Of a stretch of DNA of 64,000 nt, positions 53,401 through 64,000 are shown piece by piece (position 1 is the first letter of the stretch; every line of letters begins with the position of its first letter). The position numbers were made by a program, and so were the translations under genes. A model generated the notes under the pieces. The model saw only the letters and a program-made list of their open reading frames with translations, searched no databases and was not told the origin of the DNA. The stretch lies in contig NIVC01000738.1 in the NCBI GenBank assembly GCA_002269645.1, forward strand, positions 1-64,000. Direction: 5' to 3'. The DNA is from Macrostomum lignano. Its lineage: Eukaryota.

Positions 53401-55338
53401 AGCAATAAACCTGTTAGCAGAGATTTAAACAGATAAAAAAGACTGTGTTTTGTTTAAATTCACTCGGGCACAGAAGCAATGTCATCGGTGATCCAGCTGC
53501 CCCAAAACCTATCAGCCGGGGATTCTTCAAACGTTATTGAATCACCAATGAAATTCAAGCTGAACTTCTGTGCCTGCTCGGATAGCCTTGAGCTATTAGA
53601 GGGGATTTGGCTGTTGCTGGGTGGCTTAGCGGATGAGTTGCCACTCTAGACTTGCACACTCATGTCGCATTGGCTGGCTGTGGCGGAGTCATTAAACAAA
53701 CTGCCAACTTCACCCCCCGCAGAGCCACGTCGACCAGCTGGATGCGCAGGCCAGCAACGCTTTGCATGAGTCAGCCAGCACACAATTCCGGGTGCGGGAA
53801 ATTTATCCCCTCCGCCTACCCCACACAAGGACCCTCCGCGTTTTTCCCAATATAGGAAGAAATAATAGCGGCGATAAAGGAGCACTTACGCGATAGGATT
53901 GGACCTGGACGGACTCCACGGCTCCTCGTAGTCTGGAATGCGATTTTGGGATAAAAGTGCAAATTGTAAGGCTTTGTTGAAACAAAAATTCGAGAAGCGG
54001 CACAACTTACCGACTTCGTCACGGTTGGCTGCCTTAGGGGGAGGCGGCGAGCTGCAGTTGTTGGCGCTGAAATGCAGAAACCGAAATCTACTCTGCTATT
54101 CGGTTCTAGAAACCTGCTAGTCTGAGCAAACAGCCAGTTCAAGTACTCAATGTACTTACATGGAGAACATCTGCGGAGGCAAAGACATTCTGACTCGGGC
54201 GTCTACAAAATTAATTGAACAGTTAAAAACAGATATAAATTCGTAATAACACTTTTTCAAGCGGGAAGACATGAGCGGGAAAAAAGGGGGAGCGACAGAT
54301 GAGGTAGGGAGTGGGAGAAGGGGAAGAGAGGAGCGAGAGAAGGGAAGAGAGGAGCGGGAGAAGGGAAGAGAGGAGCGGGAGAAGGGAAGAGAGGAGCGGG
54401 AGAAGGGAAAGAGATGAGCGGGAGAAGGGGAAGAGAGGAGCGGGAGAAGGGGAAGAGAGGAGCGGGAGAAGGGGAAGAGAGGAGCGGGAGAAGGGGAAGA
54501 GAGGAGCGGGAGAAGGGGAAGAGAGGAGCGGGAGAAGGGAAAGAGAGGGAGAAGGGGAAGAGCCAGAGAAGAGGAAGAGAAGATCGGGAGAAGGGGAAGA
54601 GCGGGAGAAGGGGAAGGCGGGAAAAGGGGAACAGAAGAGCGGGAGAAGGGAAAGAGAAGAGCGGGAGAAGAGAAAGAGAAGAGCGGGAGAAGGGGAAGAG
54701 AAGGGCGGGAAAAGTGAAGAGCGGGAGAAGTGCAAAAGCGGGAGAAGGGCAAGAGCGGGAGAAGGGAAAGAGAAGAGCGGGAGAAGGGCAAGAGCGGGAG
54801 AAGGGCAAGAGCGGGAGAAGGTGAAGAGCTAGAGAAGGGGAAGAGAAGGGCGGGAGGAGGGAAGAGCCTTCTTATAACTAATAAAGGAGGGATAGAACAG
54901 AGGGAAGAGGCAGAGAAAATGAATACGCAGGTGTTCCAGGTCACCTCGCTGCGCGGTAGTGGCAGCCTTCTTGTCGCGCCTGGTCACAGCGGCAGCGGCA
55001 GCGGCGGCGACTGCGGAGGCCCCAGACGGCGGCGACCGCGCCTGCCGATCAGCAGCAGCCGGAATTGGCTGCACTTTGCCCAGCAGACGGGGTGGCTCGG
55101 CCAAACTCTCGGCGGGGCAGCGGCCGAGGCAGCAGCAGCGCCGGCCAGCTCCCCCAGGCTCCTCGAGCTCCATCGCGGTCAGGCGGTCCAGCAAGCTTCG
55201 CTGGGCGAGCCGCGACCTGTCGGAGAGCCGTTCACTGGCCAGGTCGTGGCGGAGGAACTGCATCAGGCTGGCCAGAAGGTCGTCGCGGGGGCAGCGGTTG
55301 GAGCAGCCGCAGTGGCCGGCTGTCTGCTGCTGCGCCAT
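50449..55338 (-). CDS. AFAP1-like double-PH adaptor protein, ~682 aa. Exons 55338-54945, 54202-54160, 54066-54011, 53932-53890, 52507-51780, 51233-50449
   Basis: N-terminal DLLASLMQFL..LASERLS (AFAP1/SKAP-type helix), SLPPQM, PPPP, DYEEP, two PH domains (..SEAEARVWIAAL; ..RLGAWIKQL), YDTP, RPLPPPP. Three micro-exons with GTAAGT donors restore the phase. Confidence 0.75.
51420..51695. repeat. Degenerate ~21-bp intronic repeat
   Basis: TCTAGTCTCACAGGCTAATC variants. Confidence 0.85.
54311..54852. repeat. Polypurine intronic minisatellite
   Basis: GAGCGGGAGAAGGGGAAGAGAG variants. Confidence 0.93.
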
Positions 55339-55439
55339 CGATGCGCTCTGGAATTCCCGGGTGGCTGGTGGCAGCTGCTGCAGAGGCGGGGCGAATGACA
55401 GGAACTGCTGGCGAGCTGGAATTCGTGAAGAGGAGATTG

Positions 55440-55697
55440 TGTGACCCTGCTCTCGACCTGTGACCCTGCCCTCCACCTGTGTAAACTCTCCACCTGTGAC
55501 CCTGCCCTCCACCTGTGTAAACTCTCCACCTGTGTGACCCTGCTCTCCACCTGTGCGTCCCTGCCCTCCACTTGTGACCCTGCCCTACACCTGTGACCCT
55601 GCCCTACACCTGTGACCCTGCCCTACACCTGTGACCCTGCCCTCCACCTGTGACCCTGCCCTCCACCTGTGTGACCCTGTTCTTCACTTGTGTGACC
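55440..55697. repeat. ~19-bp minisatellite
   Basis: CCTGTGACCCTGCCCTCCA variants. Confidence 0.9.
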
Positions 55698-56797
55698 CCG
55701 AACTGAGTGATTAAAATTCCAAACTATTTGATAACGGGATAACTAAATGTATTAGCCTTAAAACATTACAAAAATTAACAAGAGACATTCAAAAGTACTT
55801 TTACAGGCTCATTCCATATAAGCATGGTCGTAACATGACAGGTTATTTTTACTTATAAAATGAAATCTAATAATAGAATATACTAAACCAATATTTTAAA
55901 TGAAAGATTATTTTGTCTAGAATATATTTATAGAGTTTCATATAGATATCATCATTAGTATAGATGCTATTAAACCTTAAATGACACTTATGGTCGTAAC
56001 GACAGGATTTTTGACATATAGAAACTAAAAGGTAAAAGTCTTATAACATTTTTCATTTTTGATATTTTGCAATACATTTTTAAAATTTGACTAAGAACAT
56101 CTTTAGAAATCATACTCTTTTATTAGAATATATAAACTCAAAAGGCAACAAAGATACAAAAGAAAAGGCAGCCTTATGGTTGTAACATTATGGTCGTAAC
56201 ATATTTTTTTCTGTCAATTCAGTAACTTTGAGGTACTAATACATTAAAAATATAATAGATTATTTGGTCACCAATGCTTTTATCTGATGATGCAAGTACT
56301 ATACTTTTATCTATAGTTTGTTTCAACCTTCAAAAGCTTTCTATTTGTTTTTAAAAGGTACAAAATCTTAATGATGTCTTTTGCTTCGAAAAAATGTCCA
56401 AATTTTTACAAAAATGACTTTTTGCCAATTGATAACATACTAATCCAACATTTTACCATTCCTTTATTCTTAGATTGTATATATTGCACAATATAAACAT
56501 TTGGTAAAAAAATAGGCTAATTAGGCAATGGCAAGCAAAAATATTGACTTTTTTCTATTTTCTAAATATGTCCATCTTATATGGAATGAGCCTACAACAT
56601 AAATAGAAAATCATTTATTGTTGAACCCCCACAATTATACAGTAGTCTTAGGTGCGATAGAAGACAACAGGGTATCAAATACGAGCTATCAATTGTATTA
56701 CAGCGCATTACTAAACCCGAATGATGTCGAATAGAAATATTGGTAAATATTTTTGCGTCAATCGAAAGACTCGGCTTAACAAAACAGCTGCCGCTGC

Positions 56798-59700
56798 TCA
56801 AAGGCGCGCGGGCCGGCCCGGACTGCAGGGCACTGGCAGCAGGCTCGGCTCCGGCATGCCCGGCCGCATCACGCTGATCTGGAAGCTGTCGAAGCCGATG
56901 CAGGCGCCGCCGACATTGCCATCGGCGTCCACCGCGGCCAGAGCTCCGTGGAAACCGCTGGGCGGCGGCCGCACCGAGGCCAGTGCCGCTCTGCAGGCGG
57001 CCTCTGGCGACGCTCCGAGTGACATTTCGCTGACTGCGGCGAAGGCCAGCAGGTAGCGCATGAGGATGTCGCCGTCCCCCGTGCCGACTGCCGCGCCGAC
57101 TCCCGCCTTTGCGTAGCCACCGGCGCCGACCACCGCAGTGTCGCCGACGCGCCCCGGCACCCGGTGGGCCGCGCCGTTGGTGGTGGTGCCGACCGCCAGC
57201 CCGCCGCCAGCGTCCATAGCAACCATGCCGATGGTGTCGTGGCCGAGGCGCCGGTTGCCCGGGTTCGAATCGCGGCTGCTAGCTGGCCGGTAGGGGCCAC
57301 AGCTGTGGTCGGCCGGCGGCTGCACGTTGCGGCGGAAGTTTGGCTGGCAGTTTCCTGACCGCCACTGCCGCCAGTCCGCTGCGGACCTGCGGGAACGCCG
57401 ACAGTGGCACCATGCAGACTGCCATTCCCCTGCCACTCACACTGCTGCAGACTGCCATTCCCCTGCCACTCACACCATGCAGACTGCCATTCCCCTGCCA
57501 CTCACTGATGCAGACAGCCATTCCCCTGCCACTCACACCATGCAGACTGCCATTCCCCTGCCACTCACTGATGCAGACTGCCATTCCCCTGCCACTCACA
57601 CCATGCAGACTGCCATTCCCCTGCCACTAACACTGATGCAGACTGCCATTCCCCTGCCACTAACACTGATGCAGACTGCCATTCCCCTGCCACTCACACT
57701 GAAGCAAACTGCCATTCCCTTGCCACTCACACTGATGCAGACTGCCATTCCCTTGCCACTCACACTGAAGCAAACTGCCATTCCCTTGCCACTCACACTG
57801 ATGCAGACTGCCATTCCCCTGCCACTAACACTGCTGCAGACTGCCATTCCTCTGCCACTAACACTGATGCAGACTGCCATTCCCCTGCCACTAACATCAT
57901 GCAGACTGCCATTCCCCTGCCACTAACACTGATGCAGACTGCCATTCCCCTGCCACTAACACTGATGCAGACTGCCATTCCCCTGCCACTACGAGGGGTG
58001 ATCAAAAAGTTCTGCAACCTTTTGTTATAGCTTTTAGTTATAGAATCAGCAAAAGCCGAAAACTTACACATATGCGGCTATATCTGTTTGCTATATTTAT
58101 ATGCATTTTTGGCTTCCAAATGTGCCCCAGTAAAATTTCACAGCCATATATTTTCCATGTGTTTTCAGTAGCTGATGGAAACATCAAAAGACAGTGTTCG
58201 CTTCTATATCTTTATGTGCATGCAACTTGGTTGCAAAGTGACAGAGATTCACACCATGTTTTGTGAATGTTTTAGCTGACTCTGCTCCATCATTTGACAC
58301 AGTTGCCTGCTGGCTGCGCCATTTCTTGGAAGGCTGGGACAGCTTCAACGATGAACCAAGGTCTGGCCGACCCCGGACATCCGTGACCGAAGATGTCGTG
58401 GCCCATGCCGATGCAATAATTCATGAGGATTGGAGGATTTGGAGCTTTTTGCTAAGATTCATTGCCTATGAGCTTGGTATCAGCTATGGAAGTGCTCATA
58501 ACATCATGCATGAGCAACTAGGCTGCACAAAGACCTGCGCTCGGTGGGTACCCCATCTTCTCACTCCGGAGCAGCAAGCAGAGAGGGTGCGCATCTGTCG
58601 CTTGTGGCTGCAAATGTTTGAGCCCCACGGCCCACGACAACTGTCAGATGTCATCACAGGAGACAAATGTTGTATCTCCTTCTTTACCATGAGGGATAAG
58701 CAGTCCAACATGGTCTGGCTGGCAGAAGATGAGCCAAGGCCTGAGGTGCTGAAGACCGGATTCCGCAGTCGGAAGCGGATGTTCACCATTTTTTTCAACT
58801 CTCAGGGTGTTGTATCGGTGAACATCCTTCCAGCGGGTGCCACAGTGACTGCCAGGTACTACACAGACACTGTTCTGCCAGGCGTGCTGCAGGAGCGGCA
58901 GGAACGTGCGCGAACCAAGCATGGACCTCGACTCCTGCTGCACCATGACAATGCGGCACCGCACAGAGCGGCCTCAACCATGGCGTACCTGGAGCAGCAG
59001 GGGGTCCAGCTGCTGCCCCATTCACCCTACTCTCTAGACCTAGCACCTTCCGACTTTTGGCTGTTCCCGAGGATCAAATCCGTCATTTCTGGGAGGCCGT
59101 TTTCACGCATGCAAGACTTTGCCCAAGCGGTAAATTCAGCTCTACAGGGTATACCAACTTTGGAGTACCATGACTGCTTTCAGACATGGTGCACACGGAT
59201 GCGACGGTGCATAGATAGTGGTGGAAACTACTTTAAGGGAATGTGACACTGATTAGACGCCTCGGCTGCTGTAGCACAGAGTTGTGAGGTCACTTGCAGA
59301 ACTTTTTGATCACCCCTCGTAACACTGATGCAGACTGCCATTCCCCTGCCACTAACACTGATGCAGACTGCCATTCCCCAGCCACTAACACTGATGCAGA
59401 CTGCCGCCACTCGCATAGCCACTAATACAGACTGCCATGCTCTCCATTTAGAGATGAGACTCCCAACTATTCACAGTATGAAGTCACAGTATCCTGCGCT
59501 GCTCAATATTGAGGCAGATATAGTCAATACAGTCACCCAGCCGCACCTGTCAGTATTAAGCGAGCGCCGCTTGAAGCCCATCTCAACAGCGAAGTCGGCG
59601 GCCCGATCGCCTACCAACATGGTGTGGCCGGTCCGCTCCATCACAGCTCTGGCCACGCTCACAGCCTCCAGAATGTCTGGCATGGCGGCCACAGCGCCGA

Positions 59701-60019
59701 CTTCCATGGTGACGCCGTTCATCAGCATGGCGTCGAAAGTGACATTGCCAGCCTCATCCGGGTGGTGGCCATAGGACACGGACTCCAAGCTCTGGTCCGC
59801 TTCGGCCTGCAAGCAGCCGGCCTCAACAGCATCCAGGGCGCTGCCTGTGCGGCTGAGGGCAGCGCAGGCGGCCCTGGTGGCGTTGACAAACGGCCAGGTG
59901 TTGATCACCAGCACAGGTTGAGATGCTGGCTGCTGATGCATTTGAAACACCTGGCAGCTGCCGCACAAGACTGCAATGGTCATCAGGTGTGCAAGCAGGC
60001 TCATCACACAGCGCACCAT
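56798..60019 (-). CDS. AGA: Aspartylglucosaminidase (glycosylasparaginase, Ntn hydrolase), 353 aa. Exons 60019-59547, 57386-56798
   Basis: Signal peptide, VINTWPF, PDE.G..TFDAM, CQPNF, HDTIGM (catalytic Thr), GTTTNG, GRVGD, TGDGD. Phase-2 intron. Confidence 0.93.
57992..59319 (+). mobile_element. Full-length mariner (DD34D) transposon, 1328 bp
   Basis: Perfect 26-bp TIRs CGAGGGGTGATCAAAAAGTTCTGCAA at 57992-58017 and 59294-59319; TA duplication at 57990-57991 and 59320-59321. Confidence 0.97.
58175..59246 (+). pseudogene. Mariner transposase, +1 frameshift at ~58260 and motif substitutions
   Basis: ATG 58175 METSKDSVRFY; WVPHLL; TGDKC (canonical TGDExW); HHDNA-34aa-YSLDLAPSD. Confidence 0.9.
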
Positions 60020-60219
60020 TGCCTCCTGCAAGCCAAACAATTTCTCACTATTAAGTAATGAATGCAAGAATATCGATAATTTCCTGTCTCTTATGGCTCA
60101 GTAATAGAGAAACTTTGCAGTGAAGTACATCTATTCGATTTCGTGTGGCATGAATTTTTCTAAAGACTCATGCGATTGAGGCTAAGGTAAGTGTGTAAGC
60201 TGCTTGTGAAGTTAGATTA

Positions 60220-60378
60220 TGTTGTGGGTTGATGGCTTTGCCATAGACATTTTTGTTACGCGACTGCGTTGATGAATTGAACCATGCTATTGAGTTATGA
60301 AATAAATAATAGACGCGTCAGAGGTCAGCAGACCGCTAGACTGACAATTGCTAAAGGCTAAAAGCCAAAAGCACAACA
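60220..60378 (+). repeat. 5' LTR, 159 bp
   Basis: Bounded by the inverted 7-mers TGTTGTG...CACAACA; AATAAA at 60301; immediately followed by TGG. Confidence 0.8.
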
Positions 60379-60379
60379 G

Positions 60380-60392
60380 TGGCGTCGTCAAG
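60380..60392 (+). promoter_or_regulatory. Primer binding site (TGGCG..., probably tRNA-Ser type)
   Basis: TGGCGTCGTCAAG one base after the LTR; implies a G73 discriminator. The tRNA identity is inferred. Confidence 0.65.
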
Positions 60393-60406
60393 CATAGGCT
60401 ACGAAA

Positions 60407-63400
60407 ATGCCTGGAAGTACGCCAGCATCGCCAACTAAACGAGTTGGTAAAACGGTTTCGAGCGACAAAGCACCACCGCTTGCGATCTCGTCGAAATCAG
60501 TCCAAGCGACAAAGTCGGCAACAGCGACAGCGCAGAACCCAAGCGCACAAGTATTGAGAGGACAGCAAGTTGACATCGAAAAACTCGATGAAAGTTCGAA
60601 CTTCCAGAGGTGGTTGGACCGATTCACACTGTGCAGCGAAATCAACGGCTGGCAGGACGACACGAAAAACAAGCTGCTGCTGATGAAGCTCAGCACCAAG
60701 CTGTACGACGCATTGGCAGATCGAGCCGCTCCCAAGAAGCCGGGAGAAAAGAGCTTCGATGAACTGACCAAACTACTGGCCAGCATCCTGGAACAAAAGA
60801 CGTTCGTCATGGCTGAGAGATTCAATTTCCAGCATATCACTCGCACGGCATCAATGAGCATTCGTGAGTATGCACAGCAACTCTGCATGCAAGCAGACAA
60901 GTGTCAGTTTGGCCTATCCAGAGATGAGAGACTGAGAGATCAGCTCGTATTCGGTTTGAATAACAAGGTGGCCATCAGCAAGTTATTGGAACAGGACTTC
61001 AGCACTCTCACATTTGAGACAGCTATCAACATCGCTGAGGCGCACCAGAACCTATCACAAACGCAAATACTAAAGGGTTGCACCAGTCAGCCGCAGTCTT
61101 CTGAAGTAATGAAAATTTCAGCATCGGTGGCCAGAGGCTCCCACTCTACAAGCTCCAAGTGTGGCAGATGTGGCACGATGCATGGCTCCAATGGAGGGTG
61201 TCCTGCGAAAGGAAAAACGTGCAACAAATGTGGCATGCAAAACCACTTCGCAACAGTTTGCAAAACGAAATCAACTGGTTTTGGCAAAGGCCGAAAATCG
61301 TTCAAAAGCCCGTCAGCATCTGGTCAATTTAGGCGAGCTGCAGTGTGGCCAAGGACCACAAGCTTTGTAGATGCAAGCGAAGCTGAACAGGAGGATTGTT
61401 TTCACATTCGACATCCCGTTGATAGCTACACCATGCCTGTTAGGCTCAGACACACGAGCGGGTCGATGCTTAGCGTGAACGCACAAATCGATACTGGGGC
61501 AGGAGTTTCGGTAATGTCAAAAACGATCTGGAAACGATTGGGTTGTCCAAAGCTGACACCTACAGACACTGTTCTGACAACATACGCTGATACGCAGATG
61601 AAGGTCTTTGGAACACACGACACTGAGTTGGAGTACAATGACGAGTTCATTCCAATCACATTCTTCATTGTGGAATCGCAGAGGAACTTTGTTCTGGTTG
61701 GCCGAGACAAGCTCAATTTCACGCTAAACGCTGTAGACAACAGCTGCACATCGGCAACCCAGTCATGCGAATTTCCACCAGTAACTCTTAAGATCAAGGA
61801 AGGAACCACTCCAATTCATTGCAAACCCAGGCCGCTACCCTTCGCACTCAGACAGGGAGTCAAGGATGAAATCGATCGGTTGCTTGAAGAAGACACCATC
61901 AAGCCCGTCAAGTTCAGTGAATGGGCCTTACCAATTTTCGTGGTCAAGAAACCTTCTGGAAAGCTCAGACTTTGCGTCGACTACAAGGTGACAATCAATT
62001 CTCATCTTATCAACGATTCATATCCGATGCCTGCACCTGACGAAGTGATTGCAACTGCTGCTGGCAGCCGGATATACACTCGTCTGGACCTAGAGAAAGC
62101 TTATCACCAGATCCCACTAGATGAAGCTTCCAAAGAGCTGACAGTAATGTCAACACCATTTGGGATGTTCGCTTTCAACAAGCTTCCGTTCGGAGTGAAA
62201 ACAGCACCTGCGATCTTCCAGCGGTACATTAGCCAAGTCCTACAAGGAATTCCTGGCGTCATTGCCTACGTAGACGACATATTGATATGCGGCAAAGACG
62301 TAGAACAATTGGCAGTTCGTGAGACGGAAGTATTGCATCGACTAAACCAGCAAGGATTGAAGATCAACACCGCGAAAAGTGAATTCCGCAAGACTTCGAT
62401 CAAGTTTCTAGGCTACTTATTGGAAGGAGATCAGCTCAAGCCGGACCCAGCCAAAGTGAAGGCAATCCAGGACATGACACCACCGCAGAACGTTGGCGAG
62501 CTTGAATCTTTCCTGGGTCTCGTAAATTTTAGCGGCAAGTTCATCAGAAACCTAGCTGCACTGACCAAGCCTCTCAATCGACTAAGAAAGAAAAATGAGG
62601 ACTTCGTGTGGACAAAGGAGTGTCAAATAGCATTTGACGAAATCAAGGTCACTCTCTCTGATCAATCGAGTCTTCAAATATTTGATCCAGAGAAGCCCAT
62701 TGAACTGGAATGCGACAGTTCTCAGCGAGCTCTGGGCGGAGTGTTGACACAAAGCGGTCAAGTCGTGCTGTACATGAGCAAGACTCTGTCTGACGCCGAA
62801 ACAAAATATTCGCAAATAGAGCGTGAAGGCCTGGCACTGGTTTGGTGCATTCAAAGATGCCATTGGTTCTTGTATGGCCGGAGGTTCACACTGATAACTG
62901 ATCACCGGCCCCTCACATACATATTCGCGCCAGACAAACAGCTGCCCACTAGAGTTTCAGCTCGACTACAACGATGGGCAATCATGCTAGCTGCTTATGA
63001 CTATGTCATACAGTATCGACCATCAAAGCTAATGCTGTTGGATGCGCTATCTCGACTGGTGCCCGCTAAGCTGAATGCACAGACAGCATCGATCGGACTC
63101 CTCGAAGCTGACAACCCGGGAGTAATTCAGCTGGATCGCATTGCACACGCAACCAGAGAGGACCCGGAGTTCAGATGCCTGGGCGCAGCCATAATTAACA
63201 ATAATCTATTTGACGACCCACACCTACTCAGCTACTCGAAGGTTCAAGATGAGCTAACTGTCAATGATGGAATTATTTACAGAATGAACAGAATTGTATT
63301 GCCTCGTGTCCTGAGAGAAACTGCCCTGGCAGCTGTACAGTCAACGCACCTTGGGGTGGAAAAGTCAAAGTCAATTTTGAGGGAACAGTTCTGGTGGCCA

Positions 63401-64000
63401 CAGATGGACCATGACATCGCTGACTACATTAGACAATGCAACGTGTGCAACACGTGCAAGTCCAGAAATAAGAACTTTCGGCACTCGTGGCCAGAACCAG
63501 ACAACCCCTGGGAGTGAGTGCACGTTGATTTTGCCGGTCCGATAGAGGGCAAGTACCTACTCATCATTGTGGATGCGCACTCGAGCTACCCGGAAGTCTT
63601 CATCACGAGCGACATGAAGGCCAACACAGTCATTTCCAGACTTAGAAGATTGTTCTCACAACAGGGGGTGCCCAAGTGTCTCATGTCAGACAATGGCCCT
63701 AGTTTTGTGAGCGAAGCGGTGACCAGCTGGCTCACCCAGATTGGCTGTTCGCACATCACAATGCCCGCCTACCATCCACAGAGCAACGGCATTGCAAAGC
63801 GAATGGTGCGAACCGTCAAAGAGACAATCAAGACCAATGGTTTATCCCAAAGAAGTATTGACAGATTTTTACTGTTCTACAGAGCTGCCAAAGGGAAGCA
63901 GCAAGCATCACCATCCGAGTTGTTGAACGGCAGACAAATAAGACTCCCCATCTCGGAGAGCAGCACTCAGTCCAAGTGGATCCCAGGAGAATCACTCATC
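60407..64000 (+). pseudogene. Gag-Pol polyprotein, open for 1036 aa, with a premature TGA in the integrase and continuing in the same frame
   Basis: Double Zn knuckle CGRCG..H..CPA..CNKCG..HFATVC, DTGA, YVDD, RNase H, integrase H..C..C. WE*VHVDFAGP at 63515; SDNG; QSNGIAKR (catalytic E to K). Confidence 0.93.

Larger units (their letters stand above)
57413..59404. repeat. 33-bp intronic minisatellite (57413-57989 and 59322-59404) split by a mariner
   Basis: Unit TGCAGACTGCCATTCCCCTGCCACTAACACTGA. Confidence 0.95.
60220..64000 (+). mobile_element. Ty3/gypsy LTR retrotransposon (Mag-like), 3' end outside the window
   Basis: 5' LTR, PBS and a single gag-pol frame in the order PR-RT-RH-IN. Confidence 0.96.

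Noticed and set aside
54156-54944. Ser/Pro/Leu/Phe-rich and Arg/Glu-rich ORFs
   Set aside because: Translation of an intronic polypurine repeat.
57262-57271. GGTTCGAATC tRNA T-loop-like motif
   Set aside because: Inside AGA coding sequence; no cloverleaf.

Overview
Metazoan genomic DNA: GT-AG introns, GC-rich exons, TTAGGG repeats and a different minisatellite in most long introns. This style resembles a free-living flatworm such as Macrostomum (inference only). Bases 1 to ~11.5 kb are an AT-rich endogenous Polinton/adintovirus-like DNA virus, truncated by the left window edge. It encodes protein-primed PolB (frameshifted), an adenain-type protease, a two-TM protein, a coiled-coil protein, a packaging ATPase, two putative core proteins, and major and minor capsid proteins, and has a structured right end. 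No integrase is present in the window. The virus lies just downstream of exon 3 of a minus-strand ketohexokinase gene that the ORF track misses, so it is probably intronic. Host genes reconstructed by hand: KHK(-), CDKL kinase(+), LicD/FKRP-family(-), Stum(+), Ly6/uPAR-like(-), stathmin-like(+), EMI+FAS1 fasciclin with a GGYGYED repeat(+), CUB-LDLa Neto-like(-), AFAP1-like double-PH adaptor(-), AGA(-). A complete mariner sits in the AGA intron, and a Ty3/gypsy element starts 200 bp upstream of AGA. The most unusual signals are the intronic and possibly intact virus with a shared [K/R]xGxG-hydrophobic motif, in-frame splice-site arrays in the fasciclin gene, a 42-bp inverted copy of a CDKL exon, and stepped interstitial telomere blocks. 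No CRISPR, rRNA or tRNA genes are supported.
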